Source of the DNA: Haliotis cracherodii
Lineage: Eukaryota
Direction of reading: 5' to 3'
NCBI RefSeq assembly: GCF_022045235.1
Contig: NW_027266308.1
Span: 16,244,001 to 16,308,000 of the forward strand
DNA: 64,000 nt
Below, piece by piece: positions 11,101-22,836 of this stretch (position 1 is its first letter; each line of letters opens with the position of its first letter). Made by a program: the position numbers and the translations under genes. Under the pieces are notes generated by a model. The model searched no databases, was not told the DNA's origin, and saw nothing but the letters and a program-made list of their open reading frames with translations.

Positions 11101-12227
11101 ATGTGTTGCATGAAGCTCACCCTGGAATAGCGAGGATGAAAGCTATTGCCAGAGGTCTTGTATGGTGGCCGTGCATTGATTCAGAGCTGGAGAACAAGGT
11201 CAGGACTTGTTCCATATGTCAGGAGAGTCGTTCTTCACCCTGCGAAGCAAAGTTACATCCGTGGGACTGGCCGTCCAAACCATGGTCACGTCTGCACATT
11301 GATTATGCAGGTCCCTTACAAGGTCAAATGTTCCTCATCATCGTAGACTCTCACTCCAAGTGGATGGATGTTTTCCCTGTCAACAGTGCAACTACGAGTG
11401 CCACACTTGAGTGTCTTCGGAGAACATTTTCCATTCATGGTCTACCTGAGACAATAGTGTCTGATAATGGGACATGTTTCACAAGTGATGAATTTGCTAT
11501 ATTCATCAAGAGAAATGGTATTCAACACATCTGTACATCCCCTTACCATCCAGCGTCCAATGGACTGGCAGAGAGGAGTGTCCAGACGTTCAAACAGGGA
11601 TTTAAGAAGCTCAGCGGCGGTTCCATCAACACCAGGGTGTCAAGATTCCTGTTCAGGTATCGTAACACACCGCAGACTACGACAGGGTCATCTCCAGCGC
11701 AGTTACTATTGGGAAGACGTCCACGTTCCCATCTTGACTTGCTTCACCCTGACATCGGTGTTAAAGTTCAACATAAACAAGAGAAGCAGGCAAACTACCA
11801 CAATAGACATACAAAGTCACGAGAGTTCGCTGTCGGTGATCTTGTTTACGTCAGGAACTTTCTTGGTAAGCCTAAATGGTTACCAGGGGAGATAATCCAG
11901 TGTACAGGTCCTATCTCCTTCAGAGTCAGCTTGGAAAATAACAAAATTGCGAGGCGACATGTAGATCACCTCATCAAGCGTTATGTGGACCCCGATGCTG
12001 TGAAACCAGAATCCCCAGAATTGTTGGAAGAAAGTGAAGTGTCAAAGTCTGTCATCACTTTCTCACCAGAGCTCCCAGAGCCTAGTTCTGTACTAGTATC
12101 ACCCGCAGACACGCCATTTCCGCGTACCAGGTTACCTACATGTGACACTAGTCCAGAACTGTCCTCATCTGTTGAGTTGAGAAGATCGACTCGTGAGCGT
12201 CGAGCTCCAGATAGACTGAATCTGTAA
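8184..12227 (+). CDS. Gypsy gag-pol polyprotein, 1347 aa, uninterrupted
   Basis: Two CCHC knuckles (CDRC..H..C, CYNC..H..C), protease LDTGA, RT YLDD, RNase H ADASPYG/DHKPL, integrase HHCC and DDE (HIDY, SDNG, ERSV), GPY/F-like tail. Order PR-RT-RH-IN is diagnostic for Ty3/Gypsy. Confidence 0.97.
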   Translation: MASSTSGKIDEFNTETDSWDIYCERLDLYFTARGVDDEDDEMKRAILLSEMGKTAYTLLRNLCAPTKPKEMRFAEIVKVMRDHQHPTPSVIVERLKFHKRDRKSQESVAAYASELRKLASTCDFGTTLDDSLRDRLVCGINNDAIQRRLLAEKALDYNKAYTLAQSMELAAKNVEDIKVGASSVSAATGGNMHKMSSSQHAPVYPPCDRCGLRNHKSPDCHFRTSKCYNCGKIGHIGKVCRQSQNSKGYRCGRGSYRSRGQVRSRGQHKRSATNQVTPDNYGDVESEIYDIYKMETSSTPFVGRREKEPPMFIDLALNGQPLSMELDTGATFSVINEDTYRSLGKDPPKLGPPHTLLRTYLGEKIPLLGSCSVKVNYGKQSAELPVIVVKGRRANLFGRDWLRHVRLDWGTILRVDCDDVQSILNSHSDVFKEELGELKDTKVKINISIPSQPRFYKHRNMAYALRDKVENELERLEQQGVIKPVQYSEWAAPIVPVLKSDQSSVRICGDYKLTVNQVAKPDCYPIPRIEDLFASLSGGRKFTKLDMSNAYQQLVLDDDSKKLTTINTHKGLYEYQRLPFGVSAAPAIFQRTIECLLSDLPHVCVYLDDILVTGVDDAEHNKNLNEVLDRLQKAGLRLNASKCHIKKDSVTYLGHRIDEQGLHPLEEKVNAIVSAPAPQNVTELKSFLGMVQYYQRFLPNLSTTLVPLHGLLQKDAPWSWTKKHDTVFLKVKSHLSSCKVLTHYNPDLPLNLAADASPYGVGAVLSHIMPDGTEKPVAFASRSLSPAEKNYSQLDKEALAIVFGIKKFHQYLFGRKFQLLSDHKPLMGLLDAEKGIPVMASARLQRWALMLAAYDYSIVYKPGSKLANADCLSRLPLQTPVSVPPVPGDTIMLLENMAEFPVNVRQIQFWTRKDPLLARVKKLVECGFPENLKPDTELKPYIQKKTELSVQDGVILWGNRVVVPPQGRKQCVDVLHEAHPGIARMKAIARGLVWWPCIDSELENKVRTCSICQESRSSPCEAKLHPWDWPSKPWSRLHIDYAGPLQGQMFLIIVDSHSKWMDVFPVNSATTSATLECLRRTFSIHGLPETIVSDNGTCFTSDEFAIFIKRNGIQHICTSPYHPASNGLAERSVQTFKQGFKKLSGGSINTRVSRFLFRYRNTPQTTTGSSPAQLLLGRRPRSHLDLLHPDIGVKVQHKQEKQANYHNRHTKSREFAVGDLVYVRNFLGKPKWLPGEIIQCTGPISFRVSLENNKIARRHVDHLIKRYVDPDAVKPESPELLEESEVSKSVITFSPELPEPSSVLVSPADTPFPRTRLPTCDTSPELSSSVELRRSTRERRAPDRLNL

Positions 12228-12488
12228 ACTACTGTATTTCATTGTTAAGTGTTCTTATTCAGATTGAACTTTAAGGTGCATGCTCAATTCATTTATTTCA
12301 GAAACCAAGTGAATGAACATTAAGTTTTTGAATTTCAGTGTTCAAGAATACTCCAGTGAACTTTATGGGAAAATTTCCATGGAACTCTTTGATCAACGTT
12401 TCTTTGATTTCTTTCTCAGTGACTGACGAGTTAGTAACATTGTTCACTAATTGCTTAAACAACAAGTTGTTAACTAAAGGGGGAGGAA

Positions 12489-12707
12489 TGTAGCGTTTTA
12501 GTATCATATAACCAGTCACTCGCTTTATCCATACGATGTCTCTATATAAATGAGTGCGCACGTGTAACAGCGCCGGAAGTGTGTATTGAGCGCTAGCAGA
12601 CCACATGGCTGCCGACTACACTTGACAGAGTGTATTGACATGTAATGAGAGAATACAACCTTTCCCTGGAAAGCCGAGTGTTTGTTGTAGCTGCCAAAGT
12701 CATCACA
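12489..12707 (+). repeat. 3' LTR
   Basis: Direct repeat of 7873-8091, preceded by a polypurine tract. Confidence 0.95.
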
Positions 12708-13073
12708 TTTTCATATTGTTACATGTTGCCTATTGATCGATTGTGTGTTGGTGCATGACATATAATATATAGGTCTAAAAGTATGAATTGATGAATTCAC
12801 AGTACTCATCCTCATAAGAATTTATGTGTTTTGAATTTACTTATATTTTAAAGAACACAGTAAAATATCTACTACTGCGGCTTTGTCGCAAAGTGAACGA
12901 AATATAATAACTTTGGTTCTGAACCCCTTGTTCAGTCGTGTAGATCTATGTGTTATAACATGTACCAAACATTTACTGTAATTTCTCAGCCCATGTTGGT
13001 TAGAAGTGGTGGCAAAATTAACAAATTGATTTTAACCTGTGCCAAGACTTGCAGGCCTGTCTTGAGACAATTA

Positions 13074-13238
13074 GGGGCGGTCAGGTAGCCTAGTGGTTAA
13101 AGTGTTCGCTCGTCACGCTGAAGACCTGGGTTCAATTCCCGACACGGGTACAATGTGTAAAGCCCATTTCTGGTGTCCCCCCGTCATGATATTGCTGGAA
13201 TATTGCTAAAAGGGCATAAAACCATACTCACTCACTCA
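13074..13238 (+). mobile_element. tRNA-derived SINE family A with (CTCA)n tail
   Basis: A-box tagcctagtgg, B-box ggttcaattcc, tail ctcactcact; imperfect ~13-bp TSD cttgagacaatta / cttgagaccgtta. Confidence 0.85.
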
Positions 13239-13492
13239 CTTGAGACCGTTAATTCTAAACACATAACTGCTGAAAGATATAGATCAACTATCTACGGCTG
13301 ACATGACTTACCAGTGAGTAGTAATTGACAAATTCTTTTGTTACTACACACAATAAAGTTTGTATGAATACTTATAGTAAAAATCCCAAACAAACAAAAC
13401 CTTAAAAGATCAACTCTCAGCTGTGATCTGTATAAACGCATCAAATGTGAAATGCTTTACAGTTTTGTCATGATGAACCTTGGTTATTGCAG

Positions 13493-13534
13493 ATCTTGAG
13501 TGGAGGAAACTTTTCAAGATGCTACACCACAGCG
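13493..13534 (+). CDS. ALDH6A1: ALDH6A1 exon 2 (ILSGGNFSRCYTTA)
   Basis: ttgcag acceptor, gtagga donor, 42 nt, phase 0-0; R-x-Y-(S/T) presequence-cleavage-like motif. Confidence 0.7.
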
Positions 13535-13582
13535 GTAGGAACACTATAGTGCTTACTTGTCCTTCATCAACTGACTTGGCAT

Positions 13583-14092
13583 CAATCTCATTAAAATCTG
13601 ATCTTAGTTCTTGTTATCGCTAAACTAAGATCTGAGGACATCCCATGAAGGGTCACGTCAGAACGACCTTTCAACCATCCAACCAATCAGAGTGTCTCAC
13701 CAGATCATGAAAGTGACAGTCAGAATGTGTTTTCTAATCATGTAACCACGAAATATTTAACACGGGGTATTCCGAACGACAGTAACAGCTCTTATGATTA
13801 TATCCATACAATGTAGGCCATCTATAAGCCATTCCAGAATGTTCTTCTTATCAGTTTTAAATTTTTTTAATCGAGAATATGTCAAAATATGTTTTGAAGC
13901 GTAGTCGCCAGTTTGAAACTAGTGTGGTAAAGCTCGAGAAAGCTGCCTTCTGATTGGCTAATGTTTTCTTGTCAGTCATTTCATTGGTCAGTCAAAATTC
14001 ATGAAAGGTCATTCTGATGTGACCCGTAATGGGATGCCCTCAGATCTTTGTTTAGCAGTAGTGAGAACTCAGATCTGATTTTAAAGAGATTG
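13583..14092. mobile_element. MITE with ~90-bp TIRs, probable 9-bp TSD (Mutator-like; register ambiguous)
   Basis: caatctcattaaaatctgatct...cctttca is inverted at tgaaagg...agatctgattttaaagagattg; flanks acttggcat / actcggcat. Confidence 0.75.
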
Positions 14093-15806
14093 ACTCGGCA
14101 TCAGGGACTTACCTGGGTCTATCTGTTTTCGTCTCCAGGAAACTCTGGAGTAATACGTTTTGGGCATCTGAGGAATTGAGATTGGGGTCCCAGGCTGGCG
14201 ACATGTGATTTCCAGGAATTTTACTGATGCCATGCTCAGAAGCCTTAATAGAGTTTTCAATGTTGCATTGAAGATAATCATCTCATTGCCACCCTAAACA
14301 TTGAGTGTATTTATTACCAGAATAGAAATGTTAGTTGTTTGTATTATCTACAGAGTTGCCATCAACCTAATGGTAAAAGTAAAAAGTCACTATTCCTCAG
14401 TTTTTCTAGTCTCAGACTAGTGGACTTCTGTTAAACTTGAACCCTGGCACTGGTGATAGTCTCAGGCCATAATGAGTGTTGTGAGGATCCTGGTGCAGGA
14501 TCTGTGCACCATGCTTGTTAGAAGTAATAGACAGCTGATGTGTTGTTTCTCACATCTCACCTGGGTGTTTGTCTTAGTATGCCTTGATAGCATGGGTCAA
14601 TCACTGGTTTGTCTGGCCCTGATTACCGGTAGACATTTCACCATGATTGGCATAGCTGAAACATGCATGGGATAATACAATGTACAACCGCTGACTTGAC
14701 CCAGGAATCGAGCTGCCGCTGGTCATGGGTTTGAATCCCAGATATGACTTGACTTACAAAGGTGGGGGTCCAAGGTAACCAACAGTTAATTTCAAGGGTG
14801 CTTGCAGACAAAATGAGGGTCCTGTAAAGTAATGAAATGGTGTACTGTACATTTTAATGATTGCTTTAGAGCCTGGAATGAATCAAAGGTCATGTGGACA
14901 GTGGTCATGATTTATGGATGAAATAACAGACACCCATAACTCTGCTGTAGGTACAATGAATATTACTGTACGTCCCTAGAGACGTAGTGTATTCTTTTTC
15001 TGTGTCCAATCTCAACATTTGTGCGTACTTGACTCACAAATGTGTGTTGCGTAAAACCCTGTTTTGAATATTGTTCTTCTATGTCTATCCATGTCTATCA
15101 GGATCCATATGGTCATAGGTTTCAGCTAATTAGTAACAGGATCACTGTGGGCTTCGACCAATATTTAACTGGATTGCTCTAGGCAGATTGCAGGGCCACA
15201 GGAAAAAGCTTTGTTTTGGGCAAACCACCCAGCCCTGCAAGGCTCGAACTGATAAGTTTTTTGCCAGCTTTAATTTTAGCTCACCTGACTGTTGTTTATC
15301 TGTCATCAACTTTCACTTTTTCGACATCTCTTCTAAAACTACATGGTCTCTGAAGCTGAAATTGTTGCTTTATAATTCCAATACAATTTTAGACATGGAC
15401 ATGTAACCAATTAATGGTCAATATGGTGAATAATTCAAGTAGATCAATGCTGTAAAGTGACAGCAGGCTAGTAAACAATTATTATCTATTTGACTAATTT
15501 TGCTAACTCACTCTTCATCCTTGTAACCATAACAAAGTTGAAGTATCATAAAATTGTTTCTTCATTATTCAGGTGAGCTGTAGAGCTATTTGATTATTTA
15601 ACGTAAATGCCCCTCAAATCAGCATGTCTTTTTCAATCAATAATCATTTAACTATCTCCTTTAAGGAACACACCCTCCTCCTTCCCTACTTACAGTAATT
15701 GTGTTGCATGAAACTTAATGTTTAGTTATGGCCTGATATTACTGGAATATCGCTATACGTGTTCAAAGATTTGTTAAGCTCACCTGACATGTGTCTGTCT
15801 TTGCAG

Positions 15807-15881
15807 CCCACCACCAAGATGTTTATTAATGGACAGATGGTGGAATCCAAGACAAATAAATGGATAGATGTCCACGATCCG
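15807..15881 (+). CDS. ALDH6A1: ALDH6A1 exon 3 (PTTKMFINGQMVESKTNKWIDVHDP)
   Basis: ttgcag / gtgagg, 75 nt; ALDH N-terminal motif. Confidence 0.93.
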
Positions 15882-16276
15882 GTGAGGAAAGGCTGTCACT
15901 CTGAAATCCTATAGAACATAGAATAAGTAGTTTAATTTCAGCATTGGTTAGTTGTAGATTGATGAAAACATATGACAAAGATATGTCTCAATTTTGTACA
16001 TTGCTGTGCTTGTTATAAGCATTATTTCTGCCACCTTTGGTCTTGAAATATGTCATTAATCAACAGTAGTATTTAATAACAACATATCTTATTCTGGAAA
16101 GCCCATGTGGATTCAGAGACAGAAGACTTAACTCTTATCACAGGCTTCTTAAAATGGCATATTTGAAAGAGGATCCATATGGTCAAAGTGTGTCGCCTGG
16201 TTGATGCCATGCTATTGTATCCACACAAACTTGGGTCATTGCTCATGTTACCAACCACTGGTTTACTTGGCTGATT

Positions 16277-16530
16277 CGTTTGTTTGTTGCTGAACACCGC
16301 ACACAGCAATATTCCAGCTATATGACAGCGGTCTGTAAGTAATCAAGTCTGGACCAGACAGTCAAGAGTGATTGACACCACGAGCATCAATCTACGCAAT
16401 TGGGATACGATGACATGCATCAACCAAGTCAGCAAGCCTGACCAGCCAATCCTGTTAGTTGCCTTATAGTTTTCTCTTATGATAAGCATGGGTTGCTGAA
16501 GATCTATTCTACCCCAGATCTGCACAGGTC
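16277..16530 (-). mobile_element. Family-C SINE-like element (no recognisable tRNA head; (CAAA)n tail)
   Basis: Near full-length match to the copy at 21000-21258; shares the gctggaatattgct tail with families A and B. Confidence 0.75.
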
Positions 16531-16829
16531 AGTTGATTAGTTGTTGCCAATATACATGGTACAGGCAACCACCTTGGTCGAGCTTGACAGCAGCTGACTG
16601 CAGCATTATGCCACATTCACTCACACACACATCCTGGTTTTGATAACAGCAGTTGGTTTGTATCTGGAGGGATTCATTTGTACTACCATATTGTCTAGGT
16701 TCACTGAAGATTTTGATGCATGTCAGTATTGTTGGTCACAATACGTTTATTTCCCTGTGGGGGAGATTTGCTCCCCAGTACCCTTTACTTGTTGCAAGAG
16801 TGACTTGCCTGATAGTGTCATCTTGACCT

Positions 16830-19800
16830 GATAGTGCGTCACTATGACCTGATGGTGTATCACCTTGACATGATGGTGTGTCGCCATGACATGATGGTGT
16901 GTCACTATGACCTGATGGTGCGTCACTATGATCTGATTGTGCATCACCATGACATGATGGTGTGTCACCATGACATGATGGTGTGTCCATGACATGGTGT
17001 GTCCATGACATGATGGTGTATCACCATGACATGATGGTGTGTCTATGACATGATGGTGTGTCCATGACATGATGGTGTGTCACCATGACATGATGGTGTG
17101 TCACCATGACATGATGGTGTATCACCATGACATGATGGTGTGTCCATGACATGATGGTGTGTCCATGACATGATGGTGTATCACCATGACATGATGGTGT
17201 GTCTATGACATGATGGTGTGTCGCCATGACCTGATGGTGTGTCGCCATGATATGATGGTGTGTCCATGATATGATGGTGTGTCGCCATGACGTGATGGTG
17301 TGTCGCCATGACATGATGGTGTGTCACCATGACATGATGGTGTGTCCATGACATGATGGTGTGGGGGGCACGGGTGGCCCAGTCGTCTAAGGCGCCGCGA
17401 TTCGCTGTGCAGAGTTGCGTCCCCTGGACAGGCCAGAAACCTATGATTGTGGGTTCGAATCCCGATTCGCCCCGATTATGTTTCTAGGTTTGTCAGCACC
17501 ATACCCGTGCTCGTGGGTTTCACCGAAGTGGTAAACGTCTGAGACCTGCATCAGTTCGGGCTTTCCTCCCATATTAAGCTGACACGCCGTGATATAACTG
17601 GAATAATGTTAAAAGCGGCGTTAAACCCAACTCACTCACTCACTCACTCACTCACTCACATGATGGTGTGTCCATGACATGATGGTGTGTCGCCATGACA
17701 TGATGATGTGTCGCCATGATATGATGGTGTGTCCATGACATGGTGGTGTGTCGCCATGACATGATGGTGTGTCCCTGACATGATGGTGCATCGCCATGAC
17801 CTGATGGTGTGTCACCATGACCTGATGGTGTATTACCATGACATGATGGTGTGTCACCATGACATGATGGTGTGTCCATGACATGATGGTGTGTCCATGA
17901 CATGATGGTGTGTCACCATGACATGATGGTGTGTCCATGACATGATGGTGCGTCGCCATGACCTGACGGTGTGTCACCATGACCTGATGGTGTATCACCA
18001 TGACATGATGGTGTGTCACCATGACATGATGGTGTGTCCATGACATGATGGTGTGTCGCCATGACATAATGGTGTGTCACCATGACATGATGGTGTGTCG
18101 CCATGACATGATGGTGTATCACCATGACATGATGGTGTATCACCATGACGGTGTATCACCATGACATGATGGGGTATCACCATGACATAATGGTGTGTCG
18201 CCATGACATGATGGTGTGTCCATGACATGATGGTGTGTCCATGACATGATGGTGTGTCGCCATGACATGATGGTGTGTCCATGACATAATGTTGTGTCGC
18301 CATGACATGATGGTGTGTCCATGACATGGTGTGTCCATGACATGATGGTGTATCACCATGACATGATGGTGTGGCTATGACATGATGGTGTGTCCATGAC
18401 ATGATGGTGTGTCGCCATGACATGATGGTGTGTCACCATGACATGATGGTGTATCACCATGACATGATGGTGTGTCCATGACATGATGGTGTGTCCATGA
18501 CATGATGATGTGTCGCCATGACATGATGGTGTGTCCATGACATAATGGTGTGTCGCAATTTGACATGATGGTGTGTCCATGACATGGTGTGTCCATGACA
18601 TGATGGTGTATCACCATGACATGATGGTGTGTCTATGACATGATGGTGTGTCCATGACATGATGGTGTGTCGCCATGACATGATGGTGTGTCACCATGAC
18701 ATGATGGTGTGTCACCATGACATGATGGTGTGTCCATGACATGATGGTGTGTCCATGACATGATGGTGTGTCCATGACATGATGGTGTGTCGCAATGACA
18801 TGATGGTGCGTCGCCATGATATGATGGTGTGTCCATGACATGATGGTGTGTCGCCATGACATGATGGTGTGTCGCCATGATATGATGGTGTGTCCATGAC
18901 ATGGTGTGTCCATGACATGATGGTGTGTCCATGACATGATGGTGTGTCGCCATGACATGATGGTGTGTCACCATGACATGATGGTGTGTCCATGACATGA
19001 TGGTGTGTCCATGACATGATGGTGTGTCGCAATGACATGATGGTGCGTCGCCATGATATGATGGTGTGTCCATGACATGATGGTGTGTCGCCATGACATG
19101 ATGGTGTGTCGCCATGACATGATGGTGTGTCCATGACATGGTGTGTCCATGACATGATGGTGTGTCGCCATGACATGATGGTATGTCCATGACATGATGG
19201 TGCATCACCATGACCTGATGGTTTGTCGCCATGACATGATGCCATGACATGATGGTGTGTCGCCATGACATGATGGTGTGTCGCCATGACATGATGGTGT
19301 GTCACCATGACATGATGGTGTGTCCATGACATGATGGTGTGTCCATGACATGATGGTGTGTCGCAATGACATGATGGTGCGTCGCCATGATATGATGGTG
19401 TGTCCATGACATGATGGTGTGTCGCCATGACATGATGGTGTGTCGCCATGACATGATGGTGTGTCGCCATGACATGATGGTGTGTCCATGACATGGTGTG
19501 TCCATGACATGATGGTGTGTCGCCATGACATGATGGTATGTCCATGACATGATGGTGCATCACCATGACCTGATGGTTTGTCACCATGACCTGATGGTGT
19601 ATTACCATGACATGATGGTGTGTCACCATGACATGATGGTGTGTCACCATGACATGATGGTGTGTCACCATGACATGATGGTGTGTCCATGACATGATGG
19701 TGCGTCGCCATGACCTGACGGTGTGTCACCATGACCTGATGGTGTATCACCATGACCTGATGGTGTGTCACCATGACCTGATGGTATGTCACCATGACAT

Positions 19801-20330
19801 GATGGTGTGTCCATGACATGATGGTGTGTCGCCATGACATAATGGTGTGTCACCATGACATAATGGTGTGTCCATGACATGATGGTGTGTCCATGACATG
19901 ATGGTGTGTCCATGACATGATGGTGTATCACCATGACATGATGGTGTGTCTATGACATGATGGTGCGTCGCCATGACATGATGGTGTGTCACCATGACAT
20001 GATGGTGTGTCCATGACATGATGGTGTGTCCATGACATGATGGTGTATCACCATGACATGATTGTGTGTCCATGACATAATGGTGTGTCGCCATGACATG
20101 ATGGTGTATCACCATGACGTGATGGTGTATCACCATGACATGATGGTCTGTCCATGACATGATGGTGCATCGCCATGACATGATGGTGTGTCACCATGAC
20201 ATGATGGTGTGTCCATGACATGATGGTGTATCACCATGACATGATGGTGTGTCCATGACATGATGGTGTGTCGCCATGACATGATGATGTGTCACTATGA
20301 CATGATGGTGTGTCGCCATGACATGGTGTG
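16830..20330. repeat. Minisatellite of mixed 19/21-bp units (atgacatgatggtgtgtc[ac/gc]c), ~3.5 kb, interrupted by a SINE
   Basis: Direct reading; this array generates all the His-rich ORFs in the ORF track. Confidence 0.97.
17363..17657 (+). mobile_element. tRNA-derived SINE family B (V-domain-like core, (CTCA)n tail) inserted in the minisatellite
   Basis: Head ggtggcccagtcgtctaaggcgc...gggttcgaatccc; core cgtgggtttc...tttcctccca; TSD acatgatggtgt. Confidence 0.85.
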
Positions 20331-20396
20331 AATCCTTGTTGATGTTTTCTGTCACAGCATATTTTTACTATTGTGAGGTGTCAAATGATATTGCAG

Positions 20397-20558
20397 GCAA
20401 CCAATGAGGTGGTGACGCGTGTGCCAGAGTGTACCCAGGATGAGATGAAGGCTGCTGTGGCATCGGCCAAAGAGGCGTTTAAGAGCTGGTCACAAACAAC
20501 CATCCTCACAAGACAACAGATCATGTTCAAGTTCCAGCAGCTTATCAAGGATAACTTA
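20397..20558 (+). CDS. ALDH6A1: ALDH6A1 exon 4 (ATNEVV...LIKDNL)
   Basis: ttgcag / gtaagt, 162 nt. Confidence 0.95.
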
Positions 20559-20683
20559 GTAAGTTACAGATGTCCACACAGGGCTCTCATAGTTACATGT
20601 TAAGTAGTGGTGTAACGATTGATCAGATTATCAATACATTGCAGTGGCCATTGATGACCTGATGATCATCAATGACATTTAAG

Positions 20684-20955
20684 GTGGGGACGGGTGGCCC
20701 AGTCGTCTAAGGCGCCGTGATTCACAGTGCAGAGTTGCCTTCCTATGGCACGCTGGAAACCTATGATTGTGGGTTCAAATCCCAGTTTGTCCCGATTATG
20801 TTTCTAGGTTTGTCAGCACCATATCCGTACTTGTGGGTTTCACCGAAGTGGTAAACGTCTGAGACCTGCATCACTTCAGCGTTTTTCTCCCACATTAAGC
20901 TGACACGTCATGATATAACTGGAATACTGTTAAAAACGGCGTTAACCCAACTCAC
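20684..20955 (+). mobile_element. SINE family B
   Basis: Matches the 17363 copy; perfect 15-bp TSD tcaatgacatttaag at 20669-20683 and 20956-20970. Confidence 0.88.
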
Positions 20956-20999
20956 TCAATGACATTTAAGCTAAAAATAAAGCATTTTCTTTTAATATC

Positions 21000-21258
21000 C
21001 AGTGGTAGATTAAGTCTTCAGCAACCCATGCTTGCCATAAAAGGTGTCTATGCTTGTTGTAAGAGGCGACTAACAGGATCGGGTGGTCAGACTCGCTGAC
21101 TTTGTTGATGCATGTCATTGTATTCCAATTGCGTGGATCGATGCTCATGATGTCAGTCACTGGATTGTCTGGTCTCGACTTGATTATTCACAGACCGTCG
21201 TCATATAGATGGAATATTGCTGAGTGCGGCGTTAAACAACAAAGAAACAAAGAAACAA
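21000..21258 (+). mobile_element. Family-C SINE-like element
   Basis: tcttcagcaacccatgcttg...taagaggcgactaacaggatc...ggaatattgctgagtgcggcgttaaacaac. Confidence 0.75.
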
Positions 21259-22189
21259 TCAAATCAAGTTACTGAACTGAAACTTTGTGGAAAATAAAAT
21301 GATTAAGAGTTTCTTTTAGGTACCATCATCAGTTTTGAATTTTGGGCACTGCTAACAATGTTGCAAAAATAAATTTTCTTTATGTAATCTTATCCTCCAT
21401 TATTATGGTACTTTTTCCATGCTGAATGTTACATTTAAAGCACATTTTTGTAACCCTGATCAATGGATCAGTGTGCACTAGACAATCATTCTCAGCTCCC
21501 TAGCCAGTTTACAACCCAAGCTGCTTGTGAGGTGCCAGAAGGTTAACAGCCACATTGCCATCTCCTACCAGGTACCCATTCACTGCTGGGTGAACAAACG
21601 CACATTTCAAACAAATTAAATTAAGTATATGTGCAAGAGAAATCCTATGGGATATTACTCACAAGAGACATTTGATGGTCATGTCTCATTTTATGTGAAT
21701 CGTTGGTACCTGTAGCTCCAGGGTACTTTTTTTTTTTATAGAATTCAGGGATTTATCAAGACCTGTTCTGAGGCTTATAATCGGCCCCAAGTCTGAAGCA
21801 ATTGTCAGTAAGAATTCCCAAATTGCGTTGCTTTGCAGATGTGACTTACAATTCATTGATAACAAAACCAATGATGAAGCTTTCATGTGTAGTGTTACAT
21901 TTTTGCATTGAATGAAATTAAATATGATTAATATACTGCTGAATTTAAGAAAATAGACTTTTGGACAAAATTATGTTTTTTCCTCATTTTGTCTGCTAAG
22001 GGCACTTTAGAATCCTGGGATGGAGATATTATACCTTACATGATGGAGGAGGGCTTGAGGCCTGATGGTCATGGAGTTCTGATACCACAGTATTGTCATC
22101 AAATAGGGTCCCAAGAAGGCATAGAATTTGTCAGTGGATAAGTTCCTATTTTGTCCCATTTTATGAATAATGTTCTTTTAATTTCACAG

Positions 22190-22268
22190 AAAAATATTGC
22201 AGCCAATATCACGAAGGAGCAAGGAAAGACTCTGATGGATGCTGAGGGCGATGTCATGAGGGGGTTAC
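22190..22268 (+). CDS. ALDH6A1: ALDH6A1 exon 5 (KNIAANITKEQGKTLMDAEGDVMRGL)
   Basis: tcacag / gtaagt, 79 nt; not in the ORF track, read manually. Confidence 0.95.
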
Positions 22269-22622
22269 GTAAGTGTTTGTTTGTTCTTTAATGCCACCAT
22301 ATTCCAGCTATATGACGACAGCCTGTATATAATTGTATTTGGACCAGAAATCCATTGATCAATATCATGAGCAATGATCCATTTTAAGGTACGATGACAC
22401 AATTAACCAAATCACCTAGCCTGACCACCCGCTCCATTTGGTTGCCTGTTATAATCCAGTGCTGTAATTAAGAAATAATAATCCTGCTTTGATTGTTTTG
22501 TCAGACATTACCACATATCATTGAAGTGTTGTGAGATTAACTTTAGCAGAGAAACTTGTAGCACAAAGCTGTGATGTTTTGAAGGTTGCTGCAGAGATTA
22601 TTGACTGTTGTCATGGTTACAG

Positions 22623-22777
22623 AGGTGGTGGAACACTGCTGTAGTGTGACCAGCCTCCAGCTTGGGGAGACGCTCCAGGGCATCGCCAAGGACATGGACA
22701 CGATGACGTACAGACTGCCCCTGGGGGTGTGTGCCGGTATCACCCCTTTCAACTTCCCGGCCATGATTCCACTGTGG
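22623..22777 (+). CDS. ALDH6A1: ALDH6A1 exon 6 (..VVEHCC...[13 protein letters not shown])
   Basis: ttacag / gtgagt, 155 nt. Confidence 0.95.
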
Positions 22778-22836
22778 GTGAGTTGCACTGTTTGAATCAT
22801 GTCAGGCCCAGTATACAATGTCATCAAGTTGCGAGC

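Larger units (their letters stand above)
7873..12707 (+). mobile_element. Full-length Ty3/Gypsy LTR retrotransposon (Mag-like) in ALDH6A1 intron 1
   Basis: TG...CA LTRs 7873-8091 and 12489-12707 (219 bp, identical by eye). TSD ttttc at 7868-7872 and 12708-12712. PBS tggcgacgagg 8097-8107. PPT aaagggggaggaa 12476-12488. Confidence 0.97.

Noticed and set aside
8719-11895. Alternative-frame ORFs overlapping gag-pol
   Set aside because: Short shadow ORFs with no recognisable motifs.
13074-13145. tRNA gene (also at 17363, 48950, 54975)
   Set aside because: A/B boxes are present but run into SINE bodies with tails and TSDs; no proper acceptor stem or oligo-T terminator.
16736-20181. Many His-rich ORFs (HHHVM.., DTPSCHG..)
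   Set aside because: Translation artefacts of the 19/21-bp minisatellite; open in several frames with constant frameshifts, intronic and antisense.
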